A DNA stretch of 64,000 nt from Vulcanimicrobiota bacterium (GTDB lineage Bacteria > Vulcanimicrobiota > Vulcanimicrobiia > Eremiobacterales > Eremiobacteraceae), in NCBI GenBank assembly GCA_963805945.1, contig CAWDVP010000001.1:192001-256000 (forward strand), in the 5' to 3' direction. Positions 36,457-47,244 of this stretch are shown here, piece after piece (within the stretch, counting starts at the first letter, position 1; each line of letters starts with the position of its first letter). The notes beneath the pieces were generated by a model, which was not told the DNA's origin, did not search any database, and saw nothing but the letters and a program-made list of their open reading frames with translations. The position numbers and the translations under genes are program-made.

Positions 36457-39022
36457 GTGGCTCGCACGAGCCCGGGCGACGCCGCCGGCGACGGTTGGCG
36501 CGCGGTAGAGTTGGGCGCGTCGGCTCGCATGTCGACCGCTGACGTCTTCACCGCGTTGGACGGTTCGCCGCAGGGGCTCTCGTCGGCGGAGGCGGCGCGA
36601 CGGCTGGTCGTCGCCGGTCCCAATTCGCTGCACCGGTACCACGCGCACGCAGGCGCCGTCCTCACCCGTCAGCTGAACAACCCGCTACTGCTGTTGCTCG
36701 CTGCCACCGCGATCGCAGCCGTCCTCCTCGGCGAGAAGACCGACGCGCTCATCATCTTGGCCATCGTCGGACTGAGCATCGGGCTCGGTTTTATCAACGA
36801 GTATCGCTCGGCGCGCGCGATCGAAGCGCTCCAAGCACAGGTCACGCATTCGGCCGTCGCCCTGCGCGACGGTCGCGTACAAGGGCTTGACGTCGCGACG
36901 CTGGTGCCCGGCGACGTCATCCTCTTGGATGTCGGTGACATCGTGCCCGCCGACGCCCGCCTGCTCGACGTCGCCGGCCTCGAGTGCGACGAGAGCGCGC
37001 TCACCGGCGAGTCGCAGCCCGTGGAGAAATCGGCGCTGCCGATGTCGACGGCGGCCGGCCCGCTCGAGCTGACGTCGTGCGCGTTCATGGGCACCGTCGT
37101 GCGCGGCGGCAGCGGCCGCGCCGTGGTCGTCCGCACGGGGACGCGCAGCGAGTTCGGCGCTATCGCCCAGCGGTTGAGCACCCGCCTCCCGGAGACGGTC
37201 TTCCAACAGGGGCTGCGCAAGTTCTCGACGATGCTGGTGCAGATCACGCTCGTGCTTTGCATCATCATCTTCATCCTCAACCTCTGGCTGCTGCACCGCC
37301 CGCTCTTCGAGTCGCTGCTGTTCGCCCTTGCCATCGCGGTCGGGCTCACGCCCCAGCTGTTGCCTGCCATCGTCACGATCGGGCTCGCGCGCGGCGCGAG
37401 CATGATGGCCCGCAAGTCGGTGATCGTCAAGCGCCTCGTCAGTATCGAGGATTTCGGCAACATCGAGGTGCTTTTCACGGACAAGACGGGGACGCTGACG
37501 GAGGGACGCATCACCTTCAGGGGCGCGATCGACGAACATGGCTCGCCCTCGGACGAGATCCTCTCGCTGGGGCTGTTGTGCAACGCGGCTTCGCCACAAG
37601 ATGGGGGCGCCATCGGCGGCACGCCGCTCGATCGCGCGCTGTGGGAAGCGCCGCCGCCCGCCGGACTGACGGGCAGCACACGCCTCGGTGCGGCGCCATT
37701 CGACTACACGCGGCGCCGCATGTCGGTGCTCGTACGAGGATGCGCTCGGACATCGCACCATCGTCACCAAGGGCGCCCCCGAGGCGGTCTTCGCCTGCTG
37801 TGCGCAGGTGCCCGCATCGCTGCGCGCATCGCTTGACGCGCAGTTCGCGGCCGGTTCGCGCGTCGTCGCCGTGGCGACTCGCGATGCGGGCGCGGCGACG
37901 TCGGTGAGCGCGGCGGACGAACATGACCTCACGCCGGCGGGCCTGCTGGTCTTCGAAGACGCGCCGAAAGCCGACGCACGCGAATCGCTCGACCGCTTGC
38001 GCGCGCTGGGCGTGGAGGTCAAGCTGCTGACCGGTGACAACGAGCGCGTGGCGCAGAAGGTGTGGGCGGATCTCGGCCTGGGCGAGGCGCGCTGCCTCAC
38101 CGGCGTCGAGATCGAAGCGATGGCGGATGCGCAGCTGCGGCGTGAGTTGCCCGGCGTGTCGATCCTCGCGCGCGTCTCGCCCGAACAGAAGTCGCGGATC
38201 ATCCGCGCGCAGCGGGCGACGGGGACGGACGTCGGATTCCTCGGCGACGGCGTCAACGACGCCATCGCGCTGCACGACGCGGACGTCGGCATCTCGGTCG
38301 ATTCGGCGGTCGACGTGGCCAAAGATGCGGCGGACATCGTGCTGCTCCGCAAGGATCTCGGCACGCTCGCCGACGGCGTCGTCGAGGGTCGCCGCATCTT
38401 CGCCAACACGATCAAGTACGTGCTCATGGGCACCTCGTCCAACTTCGGCAACATGGTGAGCACCGCCGGCGCGTCGCTCATCATCCCCTTCTTGCCGATG
38501 CTGCCGTCGCAGATACTGCTCAACAACCTGCTCTACGATGCGAGCGAGATGACCATACCGACCGACAACGTCGACCCGGAGATGCTGCGCCGGCCGGCGC
38601 ATTGGGACATCGGCATGATCCGCAGGTTCATGGCCGTGTTCGGACCGATCAGCTCGCTCTTCGATTTCGCGATCTTCGGCGCCCTGATCTTCATCTTCCA
38701 TGCGGGAGAGACGATGTTCCAGACCGGCTTCTTCGTCGAAAGTCTCGTCACGCAGACGCTCGTCATCTTCGCCATCCGCACGCGGCGCGTGCCCTTCTTC
38801 CGCAGCCGGCCGAGCGCGGCGCTGACGATCACGACGCTCGCGGCGGTCGCGATCGGCATATCGCTGCCGTTCTCGCCGCTCGCGGGCCTCTTCGGCTTCG
38901 CGCCGCTGCCGCAATTGCTCTTCGGAACGATCATGGCCGCGATCGTCACGGTCTACTTCACGCTCGTCGAGACGGCCAAGACCTTCTTCTACCGGCGGGT
39001 CATCGCCGAGGCGGGCCGATGA
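36457..39022 (+). CDS. mgtA: Mg2+-translocating P-type ATPase (one frameshift)
   Basis: [43 protein letters not shown]. Confidence 0.88.
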
Positions 39023-41740
39023 GCGCCGGCGGCGAGCGCGCCTGGCCGCACCGGCTCGACGCGTTGTTCTCACCGCGGAGCGTCGCGGTCATCGGGGCGA
39101 GCGAGCGGCCGCACAGCGTCGGCCGCATCGTCTTCTCGAATCTCACCGACGGGTCGTTCGGCGGCGCCGCGTTTCCGGTGACGCCGGCGCACGCGTCGGT
39201 GCTCGGGCATGCGGCGTTCGCGGACATCGGCGCAGTGCCTCGCCCAGTCGACCTCGCGATCATCGCGACGCCTGCGGCGTCCGTCCCCGGCATCGTCGCG
39301 CAGTGCGCCGCCGCCGGCGTCAACGCCGCCATCATCCTGTCGGCGGGGTTCCGTGAGACGGGCGCTGCGGGCGTCGAGCTGGAGCGGCGCATCGCGCTCA
39401 GCGCCGCCAGCACGGGCCTGCGCATCCTCGGCCCCAATTGTCTCGGGCTGATGTCGCCGGGCAGCGGTTTGAACGCGAGTTTCGCCGGCGAATCGGCTCT
39501 GCCCGGGTCTGTGGGATTCGTGAGCCAGAGCGGCGCGCTGTGCACCGCAGTGTTGGATTGGAGCCTGGGCGAGCGCGTCGGCTTCAGCGCGTTCGTGTCG
39601 GTCGGCTCGATGCTCGACATCGGCTGGGCCGATCTCATCTACTATCTCGGTGACGACCCGGCGTGCAAGAGCATCGTGTTGTACATGGAGTCGGTCGGCA
39701 ATGCCCGCACGTTCTTGTCGGCGGCGCGCGAGGTGGCGCAGTCCAAGCCGATCGTGGTCATGAAGGCCGGCCGGACGGCGGTCGCCGCGCATGCCGCCGC
39801 CTCGCACACCGGCGCGCTTGCGGGCAGCGACGACGTCATCGATGCGGCGCTGCGACGCTGTGGCGTGCTGCGCGTCGACGCGCTCGAAGACCTCTTCCAG
39901 ATGGCAGACGTGCTTTCGAAGCAGCCCCGGCCTCGAGGCAGACGACTCGCCATCGTGACCAATGCCGGCGGCGCCGGCGTGATCGCCGCGGACGCGCTCA
40001 TCCGGGGCGGCGGCGAGACGGCGACGCTGTCGGCCGCCAGCATGGCAGCGCTCGACGTCTTCTTGCCCCCGAGCTGGAGCAAGGGCGACCCGATCGATAT
40101 GTTGGGCGACGCCGATCCCGCGCGCTACGAGCGCACGCTTGAGATCGTGGCGGCGGACGAGGGCGTGGACGGGCTGCTCGTCGCGCTCGCACCGCAAGGC
40201 GTCGCCGATGCAGCCGACGTCGCCGCACGGGTGGCCCAAGCACGGGCGCTTGGATCGAAAGCCCGTGCTCGCGGCCTGGATCGGCGGACCAGGGGTGAGC
40301 GCAGGCGCCGCCGTGCTGCGCGACGCCGGCGTGCCGGTGTTCACCTATCCGGACACCGCGGCCCGCGTCTTCAACGACATGTGGCGCAGCGAGGCGAATC
40401 TGCGCGCGCTGTTCGAGACTCCCGCGCCTACCACGGAACTTGACGAGGCCTCGCGGCGCGCGGTCGCGGCCGAAGTCATCGCCGGCGCGCAGTCACGCGG
40501 GCGTACGGTGCTCACCGAAGCCGAAGCGAAACGCATGCTCGCCGCATATGGCATCCCGACGGTGCCGACGGCGAGCGCCTCGAACATCGCGGACGCCATC
40601 CTCGCCGCGAAGCGGATGGGCTATCCCGTGGTCGTGAAGCTCAACTCCGAGACGATCACGCACAAGAGCGAGGTCGGCGGCGTGTGCTTGGACGTCGCGG
40701 ATGCGAGCGGGGTCGAGAGCGCGTATCGCCAGATCGAAGCGTCGGTGCTGGCGGCGACGGGGCCGGGAAACTTCGCGGGCGTGAGCGTCGAGCCGATGAT
40801 CCGTCGGCGTGGGATCGAGCTGATCCTCGGCAGCGCCGTCGACGCGCAGTTCGGACCGACGCTCTTGTTCGGCACGGGCGGGACGCTCGCTGAGGTGCTC
40901 GCCGACAGCGCGGTCGAGCTGCCGCCCTTGACGACGACGCTCGCGCGGCAGCTCATGGAGCGGACGAAGATATACCGCGCCCTCAAAGGCATCCGTGGCG
41001 AGCCGCCGGCCGACCTCGCGGCGCTCGAAACCACGCTCGTCCGCTTCGGCACATTGGTCATGGAACAGCCGCGCATCCGCGAGATCGAGATGAACCCGCT
41101 GCTCGCCGGGAGCGATGGCGTGCTCGCGCTGGATGCCCGCGCGATCCTCCATCCAGCGGAATCGCGCGACGAGGACCTGCCGCGCCCGGCCATCCGCGCC
41201 TATCCGGCGCAGTATGCTGGTGAGTGCGTGTTGCGCGACGGCGCGCGCCTCCACATCCGGCCGATCCGTCCCGATGACGAGCCCATGATGCGCGAGTTCC
41301 ACGGCGCGCTGTCGAAGGAGAGCGTCTACCATCGGTACGCGGGCATCGTCTCGCTCGATCAGCGCATCGTCCACGAGAACCTCTCGCGCGTGTGCTTCAT
41401 CGACTACGCGCGGCAGATCGCACTCGTGGCGATCGCGGGCTCCACGATCGTCGCGGTCGCGCGGCTCATCCGTGCGCACGATGCGGATGAAGCGGAGTTC
41501 GCGCTCGTCGTGACGGACGCGTACCAGCGCCGCGGCCTCGGCATGGAACTCATGCGACGCCTATTGGCCATCGCCCGCACCGAACGCATCGGCGCCGTCG
41601 TCGGCTACATCTTGAATGAGAATCTCGGCATGCAGCGCATCTGCTCGACGCTCGGCTTCACGCTCGAGCCGGGTGACGCGAAGGATTTCGTCCGCGCGGT
41701 GTATCGGGTGACGCCCGACGTCCCGACCGGGCCGATCTAA
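39019..41740 (+). CDS. NDP-forming acetyl-CoA synthetase-like + GNAT (Pat/YfiQ-type protein acetyltransferase; one frameshift)
   Basis: [37 protein letters not shown]-terminal GNAT ([16 protein letters not shown]). Confidence 0.88.
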
Positions 41741-41756
41741 AGATCGGCCCCTACAT
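41729..41756 (-). repeat. REP family A copy, supplies the pat stop codon
   Basis: GGGCCGATCTAAAGATCGGCCCCTACAT. Confidence 0.8.
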
Positions 41757-42196
41757 CAAGATTTGTTCGAGCGTACTGCCAGGACCGGGATGGGCGACGC
41801 GCGCAGCACGCCTTCCGCGATGCTGCCGAGGAACAGGCGTGCGAGACCGTGGCGGCCGTGACTGCCGATGACGATGAGAGCGCAGCCGCGGGCGGCGGCG
41901 GCGTCAAGGATGGCGCGCACCGGCTCTTCCTCTTGCAGCACAAGCTCGTGTTGCACGCCCGCGCTCTTCGCGCGGGCACCCGCCTCGGCGAGGATCGCCT
42001 GGCCTTCGGCACGCAGTTGGTCGAACATCGGATTTCGGCCGCCGCCGTGGGCCACGATCGGCGCGTCCAAAACCGACAGGTCGAGCGCGTAGCAGAAGAT
42101 GAGCGAGCTGTGCCCCTTGGCCAGCGCTATCGCGAGGTCCGTCGCCGCGTGCGCGCAGTGCGATCCGTCGACGGCGACGAGGATGCGTTCGAACAC
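41756..42196 (-). CDS. Universal stress protein
   Basis: ILVAVDGS, LIVIGSHGRHG..LGSIAEGVLR. Confidence 0.92.
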   Translation of the reverse strand: MFERILVAVDGSHCAHAATDLAIALAKGHSSLIFCYALDLSVLDAPIVAHGGGRNPMFDQLRAEGQAILAEAGARAKSAGVQHELVLQEEEPVRAILDAAAARGCALIVIGSHGRHGLARLFLGSIAEGVLRASPIPVLAVRSNKS

Positions 42197-42266
42197 GGAC
42201 TGCCTGCCTTCCGCTTCGATGATACCGCCGGCTCAGGAAGAGGCCGTGAATTCCAGGCCCGCTTCT

Positions 42267-42863
42267 TCACACCTCGTGGATGGCGCCTTCCGATCGAGCG
42301 CCGAGCTCGGCGACGAGCTCCTCGATGAACCGATCGAGCGCCGGCCAATCGGTATACTCGTAGTCACGCGACGTGTCGGTGTCACCGCCCTCCCGCCTCG
42401 CGATGTCTTTCATCACGAGACGCAACAGCACGTTGTAATGGCTATAGAGCAGCGCGCCGGCGATCGGCATGACGCGGGCCGGGCGCCAGTGCGTCTCCTC
42501 GAAGAAGGCGTCGAGCATGCCTTGTACCTCATGCGCCGCCTTCGCCCGCGCTTCGGGGCTGGCGGACGCCTTCTCGGCGCCGGCCTCCGAGAGGCTGATC
42601 GAAAGGAGCGCCGTCCGCATGTGTTCGAGCATCGCCTTGTGCTTGCGCACGAAAGCGATCATCTCGGGCTCGTGGTGCCCGGTATGGATCGACGCGACGA
42701 GGATGACGGCGCTATAGGCGCTCAGATCGATATCGCCGTGCATGCTCGCGACATCGACCACTTCCTCGGGCACCGCGTGCGTCCGGACGGTGGCGGCGAC
42801 GTGTTCGGCCACCCGCTTCGCCTGGCCCTCGCGTGTGGCGTAGGCGATGAGAATCTGTTTCAC
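42267..42863 (-). CDS. hemG: HemG-type flavodoxin (menaquinone-dependent protoporphyrinogen oxidase-like)
   Basis: YATREGQ, ASIH.G, AGALLYSHY, DTSRDYEYTDW. Confidence 0.78.
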   Translation of the reverse strand: MKQILIAYATREGQAKRVAEHVAATVRTHAVPEEVVDVASMHGDIDLSAYSAVILVASIHTGHHEPEMIAFVRKHKAMLEHMRTALLSISLSEAGAEKASASPEARAKAAHEVQGMLDAFFEETHWRPARVMPIAGALLYSHYNVLLRLVMKDIARREGGDTDTSRDYEYTDWPALDRFIEELVAELGARSEGAIHEV

Positions 42864-42888
42864 GCAACCCTCGATCTTCGGCGAGAGA

Positions 42889-43356
42889 TCACGAGCGGGC
42901 GCTCTCTTCCATGACGTCTTTGATGCGGCGAAGCAGTTCGCGCGCGGTCTCCTGTGCGATGCGGTGGCCCAACGCCATATCGAACACCTGCCCCGCTGGA
43001 CCGAACGGCGGCTCGTAGTCGCCAGTCAGCGAGAGGAAGCATCGGCCGCCCGGCTCGGCGTGCAGCGTGAGCGAACCCTTGAATGTCGGAAAGGCGCCGC
43101 CGTGCTTCGGTGACCAGTGCAGCGACAATTGCTGCTGCTGGCGATCGAGCTCGTCGCCGGCCGGCGCATACGTGGCGACCACCTCCCGGCCGATGCTCAC
43201 GCCGCCCGGCACGCCGAGCACGTCTCCCGGCAGCTTCAACTCCAGCGTCCCCGGCGTTGCGTTGGGAACGGCGAGCTGGTCCATATACCATTCCAAGTAC
43301 GACGGCACTTGGGCCGCGGGCCAGCGCACGAGCAGGCCTTCATGGAGATGTGCCAT
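42889..43356 (-). CDS. Hypothetical protein, SRPBCC/START-like stress-cluster type
   Basis: FPTFKGSL..L.GDYEPPFG.AGQVFD..LGHRIA. Confidence 0.65.
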   Translation of the reverse strand: MAHLHEGLLVRWPAAQVPSYLEWYMDQLAVPNATPGTLELKLPGDVLGVPGGVSIGREVVATYAPAGDELDRQQQQLSLHWSPKHGGAFPTFKGSLTLHAEPGGRCFLSLTGDYEPPFGPAGQVFDMALGHRIAQETARELLRRIKDVMEESARS

Positions 43357-43362
43357 GCCTCT

Positions 43363-43406
43363 ATTCCACCGCACCGGTCTGCCGGGCATATGAACTTCCG
43401 GTGAAG
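43363..43406 (-). promoter_or_regulatory. Direct-repeat site plus -10 TGGAAT (leaderless)
   Basis: Plus-strand TGAAC 43391 and TGAAG 43402; -10 at 43363-43368. Confidence 0.6.
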
Positions 43407-43453
43407 TCCGGCGGGCGTGCGGGACCGCTCTCGCCTCGACCGAAGGTGCCGTC

Positions 43454-44458
43454 ATGCAGGCGATGCTGTTGGAAACTGCTGGTCGCGCGTTGCGTGCCGC
43501 CGACGTGCCTGTCCCCACACCGGAAGCCCATCAGGTGCTCGTGCAGGTGGACGCGTGCGGCGTGTGCCGGACGGATCTCCACATCCTCGACGGCGAGCTG
43601 GCCAAGCCGAAGCTGCCGCTCGTGCTCGGACACGAGATCGTCGGGCGCGTCGCAGCGCTTGGCGCTGACGTCTCCCGTTTCGCGGCCGGCGATCGCGTCG
43701 GCATCCCGTGGCTCGGCTGGACGTGCGGGCACTGCGTCTTCTGCCGCTCGGGGCGCGAGAACTTGTGTGCGCGCGCGCGCTTCACCGGCTACGACATCGA
43801 CGGCGGCTACGCCGAATACACCGTGGCCGACGAGCGCTATTGCTTTTCCATCTCCTCGATCTACTCGGACGCCGAAGCGGCTCCGCTCATGTGCGCGGGG
43901 CTTATCGGCTATCGCTGCCTGCGCGCGGCGGGCGACGCGGCGCGCCTCGGCATCTACGGCTTCGGCGCGGCGGCGCACATCATCGCGCAGGTGGCGCGCC
44001 ACCAGGGCCGCCGGGTGTTCGCATTCGTGCGGCCGGGCGACGACACGGCCCAGCGCTTCGCGCTCGACCTCGGCGCGGTCTGGGCAGGTGACTCGACGCA
44101 GACGCCGCCCGAGCCGCTCGACGCCGCCATCATCTTCGCGCCTGCGGGCGAGCTGGTGCCGGCGGCGCTCGCAGCCCTCGAACGCGGCGGCACCGTCGTG
44201 TGCGGCGGCATCCACATGAGCCCGATCCCATCATTCGACTACGATTTGCTGTGGGGCGAGCGCTCGATCCGCTCGGTCGCCAATCTCACGCGCCGCGATG
44301 CCGAGGAGTTCCTCGCGCTCGCGCCTGCCGTGCCGGTCCGCACGCACATCATGAACTATCCGCGCGCGCGGGCGGATGAGGCTCTCGCCGACCTGCGCGC
44401 CGGGCGCGTGCGCGGGGCGGCGGTGCTCGTTTCGCAGGGACTAGCTCCAAGAAAATAG
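43454..44458 (+). CDS. Zinc-dependent alcohol dehydrogenase (AdhP-like)
   Basis: CGVCRTD, GHE, CGHCVFC..C, GFGAAA. Confidence 0.93.
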   Translation: MQAMLLETAGRALRAADVPVPTPEAHQVLVQVDACGVCRTDLHILDGELAKPKLPLVLGHEIVGRVAALGADVSRFAAGDRVGIPWLGWTCGHCVFCRSGRENLCARARFTGYDIDGGYAEYTVADERYCFSISSIYSDAEAAPLMCAGLIGYRCLRAAGDAARLGIYGFGAAAHIIAQVARHQGRRVFAFVRPGDDTAQRFALDLGAVWAGDSTQTPPEPLDAAIIFAPAGELVPAALAALERGGTVVCGGIHMSPIPSFDYDLLWGERSIRSVANLTRRDAEEFLALAPAVPVRTHIMNYPRARADEALADLRAGRVRGAAVLVSQGLAPRK

Positions 44459-44490
44459 CGCGGCCTCCCCGGTCGGGGGAGAGCCGCGCT
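44457..44490 (-). terminator. Hairpin terminator between adh and hsp20
   Basis: AGCGCGGC-CTCCCC..GGGGAG-GCCGCGCT stem followed by ATTTTC on the minus strand. Confidence 0.55.
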
Positions 44491-44524
44491 GCCGCCTCCA
44501 TGGGCGGTGACTTGTACGGGCCGA

Positions 44525-45001
44525 CTAGCCCTTGATGCCGATCCGTTCGGCTTGGGCTGCTTTCGGCGCCGGTATCTTGACCTTGAGGATCCCGTGCTCG
44601 TACTCCGCTTCGACCTTCTTCGGGTCGATGGGCTCCGGGAATGTGAGCGAGCGGAGGAACTCGCCGCGCTGGCGTTCGCGATAGAAGTACTGAGGACGAT
44701 CCTCTTTCTTCATCTCTTCGCTGCGCGCGGTGATGGTGAGCGCCTTGCCGCTGGCCTGGATCTCGATGTTCTCCTTCTTCATCCCAGGCAGCGCGCACTC
44801 GACGACATACATGCCCTCTTTCTCGTACACGTCAAGATCGAAGGTGAAGGCCGGCGTCCGGAACGCCGTTTGCGCGGCGGGCAGCCAGCCAAGAAGCGGT
44901 TTGAGGCCTTCGCTCATGCGTGTGAATTCCGCGAATGGGTCATATAGTTCGACCGTCTGCAGTTCTTTGGTGGCTCTCTCGCCGTTGATGGTGGTCGCCA
45001 T
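44525..45001 (-). CDS. Hsp20/alpha-crystallin small heat shock protein
   Basis: LPGMKKENIEI, RERQRGEFLRS, AEYEHGIL. Confidence 0.95.
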   Translation of the reverse strand: MATTINGERATKELQTVELYDPFAEFTRMSEGLKPLLGWLPAAQTAFRTPAFTFDLDVYEKEGMYVVECALPGMKKENIEIQASGKALTITARSEEMKKEDRPQYFYRERQRGEFLRSLTFPEPIDPKKVEAEYEHGILKVKIPAPKAAQAERIGIKG

Positions 45002-45053
45002 GATGTCCCTCCTTGTTCAGAGCGGTTCCGGTTTTGCCCGGCGACCTACAGCA

Positions 45054-45098
45054 AGCGTACTCGCGTCATCAGAGCGATGCTATGAAGATGGCGTGAGG
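45054..45098 (-). promoter_or_regulatory. Direct-repeat site plus -10 TACGCT upstream of hsp20
   Basis: Plus-strand TGAAG 45083 and TGAGG 45094. Confidence 0.6.
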
Positions 45099-45109
45099 GT
45101 TGCGACTTT

Positions 45110-45814
45110 TCACGACCCAGCGCCTCGCTGCGCCGCGTGCTCGAGCAGCCTGCGGACCTCGTCGTCTTGGGTCTGGGAGAAATCTTCGTACCACGCGCCG
45201 ACGGCGAAGAACGGATCGGGGGTCTGCGCGCACACGACCTCGTCGACCATTTCAGCGAGTTCGGCGGCCGCCTCCGGCGCGGCCACAGGGACCGCGACGA
45301 CGATCGCCGCGGGCCGCTCGCGCCGCAGCGCCTGCACGGCGGCTTGCATGCTCGAACCGGTCGCCAGCCCGTCGTCCACGAGGATCACGGTGCGGCCTTG
45401 TACGACCGGTGGCGGGCGATGGTTGCGGTATGCAGCCTCACGGCGTTCCACTTCGTGACGCGCTTGCTCCACGATCTCCGCGATCGTCTGCTTCGGCAGA
45501 TCGAGGTGGCGGGCCAGTTCCTCGTCGATCAACACCAGCCCGCCGCTTGCGGCGGCGCCAAGCGCCAGCTCTTCATAGCCCGGCACGCCGATCTTCTTGA
45601 CGACGAGGATGTCGAGCGGCACGCGGAGCGCCGACGCGATCTCAAAGGCGACGGGCACGCCGCCGCGGGGCAACGCCAGGACGACGACGTCAGGACGATC
45701 TGCGAAGCTAGAGAGCAGGCCGGCGAGCACGCGCCCGGCATCGGTGCGATCGCCAAACCCATGCGCCCGCGGGTGTGTCCGGGCGCCGGCATGGCTGCGA
45801 TCGAGTGTGTTCAT
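45110..45814 (-). CDS. Phosphoribosyltransferase (Rv0571c/Rv2143-like)
   Basis: DR.DAG, LALPRGGVPV, VDDGLATG, AVGAWYEDF. Confidence 0.9.
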   Translation of the reverse strand: MNTLDRSHAGARTHPRAHGFGDRTDAGRVLAGLLSSFADRPDVVVLALPRGGVPVAFEIASALRVPLDILVVKKIGVPGYEELALGAAASGGLVLIDEELARHLDLPKQTIAEIVEQARHEVERREAAYRNHRPPPVVQGRTVILVDDGLATGSSMQAAVQALRRERPAAIVVAVPVAAPEAAAELAEMVDEVVCAQTPDPFFAVGAWYEDFSQTQDDEVRRLLEHAAQRGAGS

Positions 45815-45851
45815 GGCTCATCTCGCTTTTCTCAAAGCGTGCGCGCCTGCG

Positions 45852-46007
45852 TCAGCGTCTCCGCCGCTTGGTCTTTGGATCGAGCTCGGCCCGTCGTTTG
45901 CGCGCGTCGACGCGCTCGTATTCCTCGATGCGCGCGATGGACAGCCTCGCATTGTCCGGCTTGCCGTGCCGCATGGTCGAGCGCGTCCGCTTCTTCGGCT
46001 TCTTCAC
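45852..46007 (-). CDS. Small very basic hypothetical protein (51 aa)
   Basis: GTG-start MKKPKKRTRSTMRHGKPDNARLSIARIEEYERVDARKRRAELDPKTKRRRR; below ORF-track cutoff. Confidence 0.4.
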   Translation of the reverse strand: MKKPKKRTRSTMRHGKPDNARLSIARIEEYERVDARKRRAELDPKTKRRRR

Positions 46008-46019
46008 GGGCAGACAGCC

Positions 46020-46050
46020 ATAGCGATGCCGGGGTCTCCGGCATCGCTAT
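46020..46050. terminator. Perfect 13-bp hairpin downstream of the cyc2-like gene
   Basis: ATAGCGATGCCGG-GGTCT-CCGGCATCGCTAT; no U-tract. Confidence 0.45.
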
Positions 46051-46077
46051 CCGAGTGCGCGCTCACGGGTGCTCCTC

Positions 46078-47244
46078 CTAGTGCAGCGCTCCGAAGGTCG
46101 TGTCGAATTGCAGGTTCATCCGCCACGCCGGCATCGTGCCGCTTTGCATCCCCACCTCGCCGTTGAGCGTCCACGCGGTGGCCGCACGCGACGAGACGTG
46201 GCGCGAGACGACGATGCCGAGATCGACGTTGCCGTATTGGGTGATCGTGCCCAACCCGTCGTTGGTCATCTCTTTGCGAACGCCGAGCATGACCACGTTC
46301 TTGTAGAGCGGTTCGGTGAGGTCGATCGAGTAGCCGTAGCTGTGCGCCGGGCCGAACGCGGGACCGGCGTTCGAGTCGTTGTTGTTCTGCACGAGCGCGA
46401 ACAATCCGGGGAGGCCGTGCTGCGGGTCGATCTCGATATATGGTCCGACCGCGCTGTAATTGTCAAAGGAGCCGTCCGAGAGCGGATACGAGCCCGTCGC
46501 TCCGTACACGCCTGCCTCGATCGGCTTATCCGCGCGTGCGTATGCGAGGCGGTACTGGAACGTCCGGTCGGACTCCCAGTCGAAGGCGGTGTTCAGATTG
46601 TCGCCGGTGGTCACATAGGCGGCTTCGGCGACGTAGCCCGGACGGATGTATTGCATCTTCGCGCCCCAGCGATTGGACGACAGGCCGTACGTGTGCTCGC
46701 CGACGGTCATCGACGGCGGTACGAATCCGGACAGCTCGAACCACTGGCTGAACGGAGAGGGAGCCGGCAGTTCCAGCTTACCGACAGTCAAGTGCCCGTC
46801 ACGGTGGAGCAGGTTGTTGTAGGTCAACCACAGCGTGTCGGTGCCGCCCGGCTGATCGTTCTGCTGGATCCATTGGTGCAGATGCCAGGTGATGTCGTTG
46901 CCTATGTAGCCCGCGCCGTGCAGCGACAGATTGCCGGTCTGCATAACGTACGGCTCGGCGGCGTCCTGCGTGTCGTAGAAGATCGCTTCGGCGCCCCACA
47001 GCGGGAAGGCCTTATGGATGGTGCTCGCGTCCAGCGACGAGTAGTCGCTGCGCTGCACGTATCGTCCGTACGCGTTGAGCGCCGGCACGGAGGAGTGGCA
47101 GACCTCGCAATTGATGCCGTACGCTTGGGCGAAGACCGGCATGGCCTGGGTCGGGCGCAGGCTCTCGATCACGAACGCGACCGCGAGCACGCCCCCGACG
47201 ATCAGGATGGTAGCCCGGATGGTGCCTCGGGCGGGCGCGTTCAC
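46078..47244 (-). CDS. Cyc2-like monoheme cytochrome c-porin fusion
   Basis: Signal peptide then MPVFAQAYGINCEVCHSSVPALNAYGR, followed by ~320 aa of amphipathic beta-strand-like sequence. Confidence 0.75.
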   Translation of the reverse strand: MNAPARGTIRATILIVGGVLAVAFVIESLRPTQAMPVFAQAYGINCEVCHSSVPALNAYGRYVQRSDYSSLDASTIHKAFPLWGAEAIFYDTQDAAEPYVMQTGNLSLHGAGYIGNDITWHLHQWIQQNDQPGGTDTLWLTYNNLLHRDGHLTVGKLELPAPSPFSQWFELSGFVPPSMTVGEHTYGLSSNRWGAKMQYIRPGYVAEAAYVTTGDNLNTAFDWESDRTFQYRLAYARADKPIEAGVYGATGSYPLSDGSFDNYSAVGPYIEIDPQHGLPGLFALVQNNNDSNAGPAFGPAHSYGYSIDLTEPLYKNVVMLGVRKEMTNDGLGTITQYGNVDLGIVVSRHVSSRAATAWTLNGEVGMQSGTMPAWRMNLQFDTTFGALH

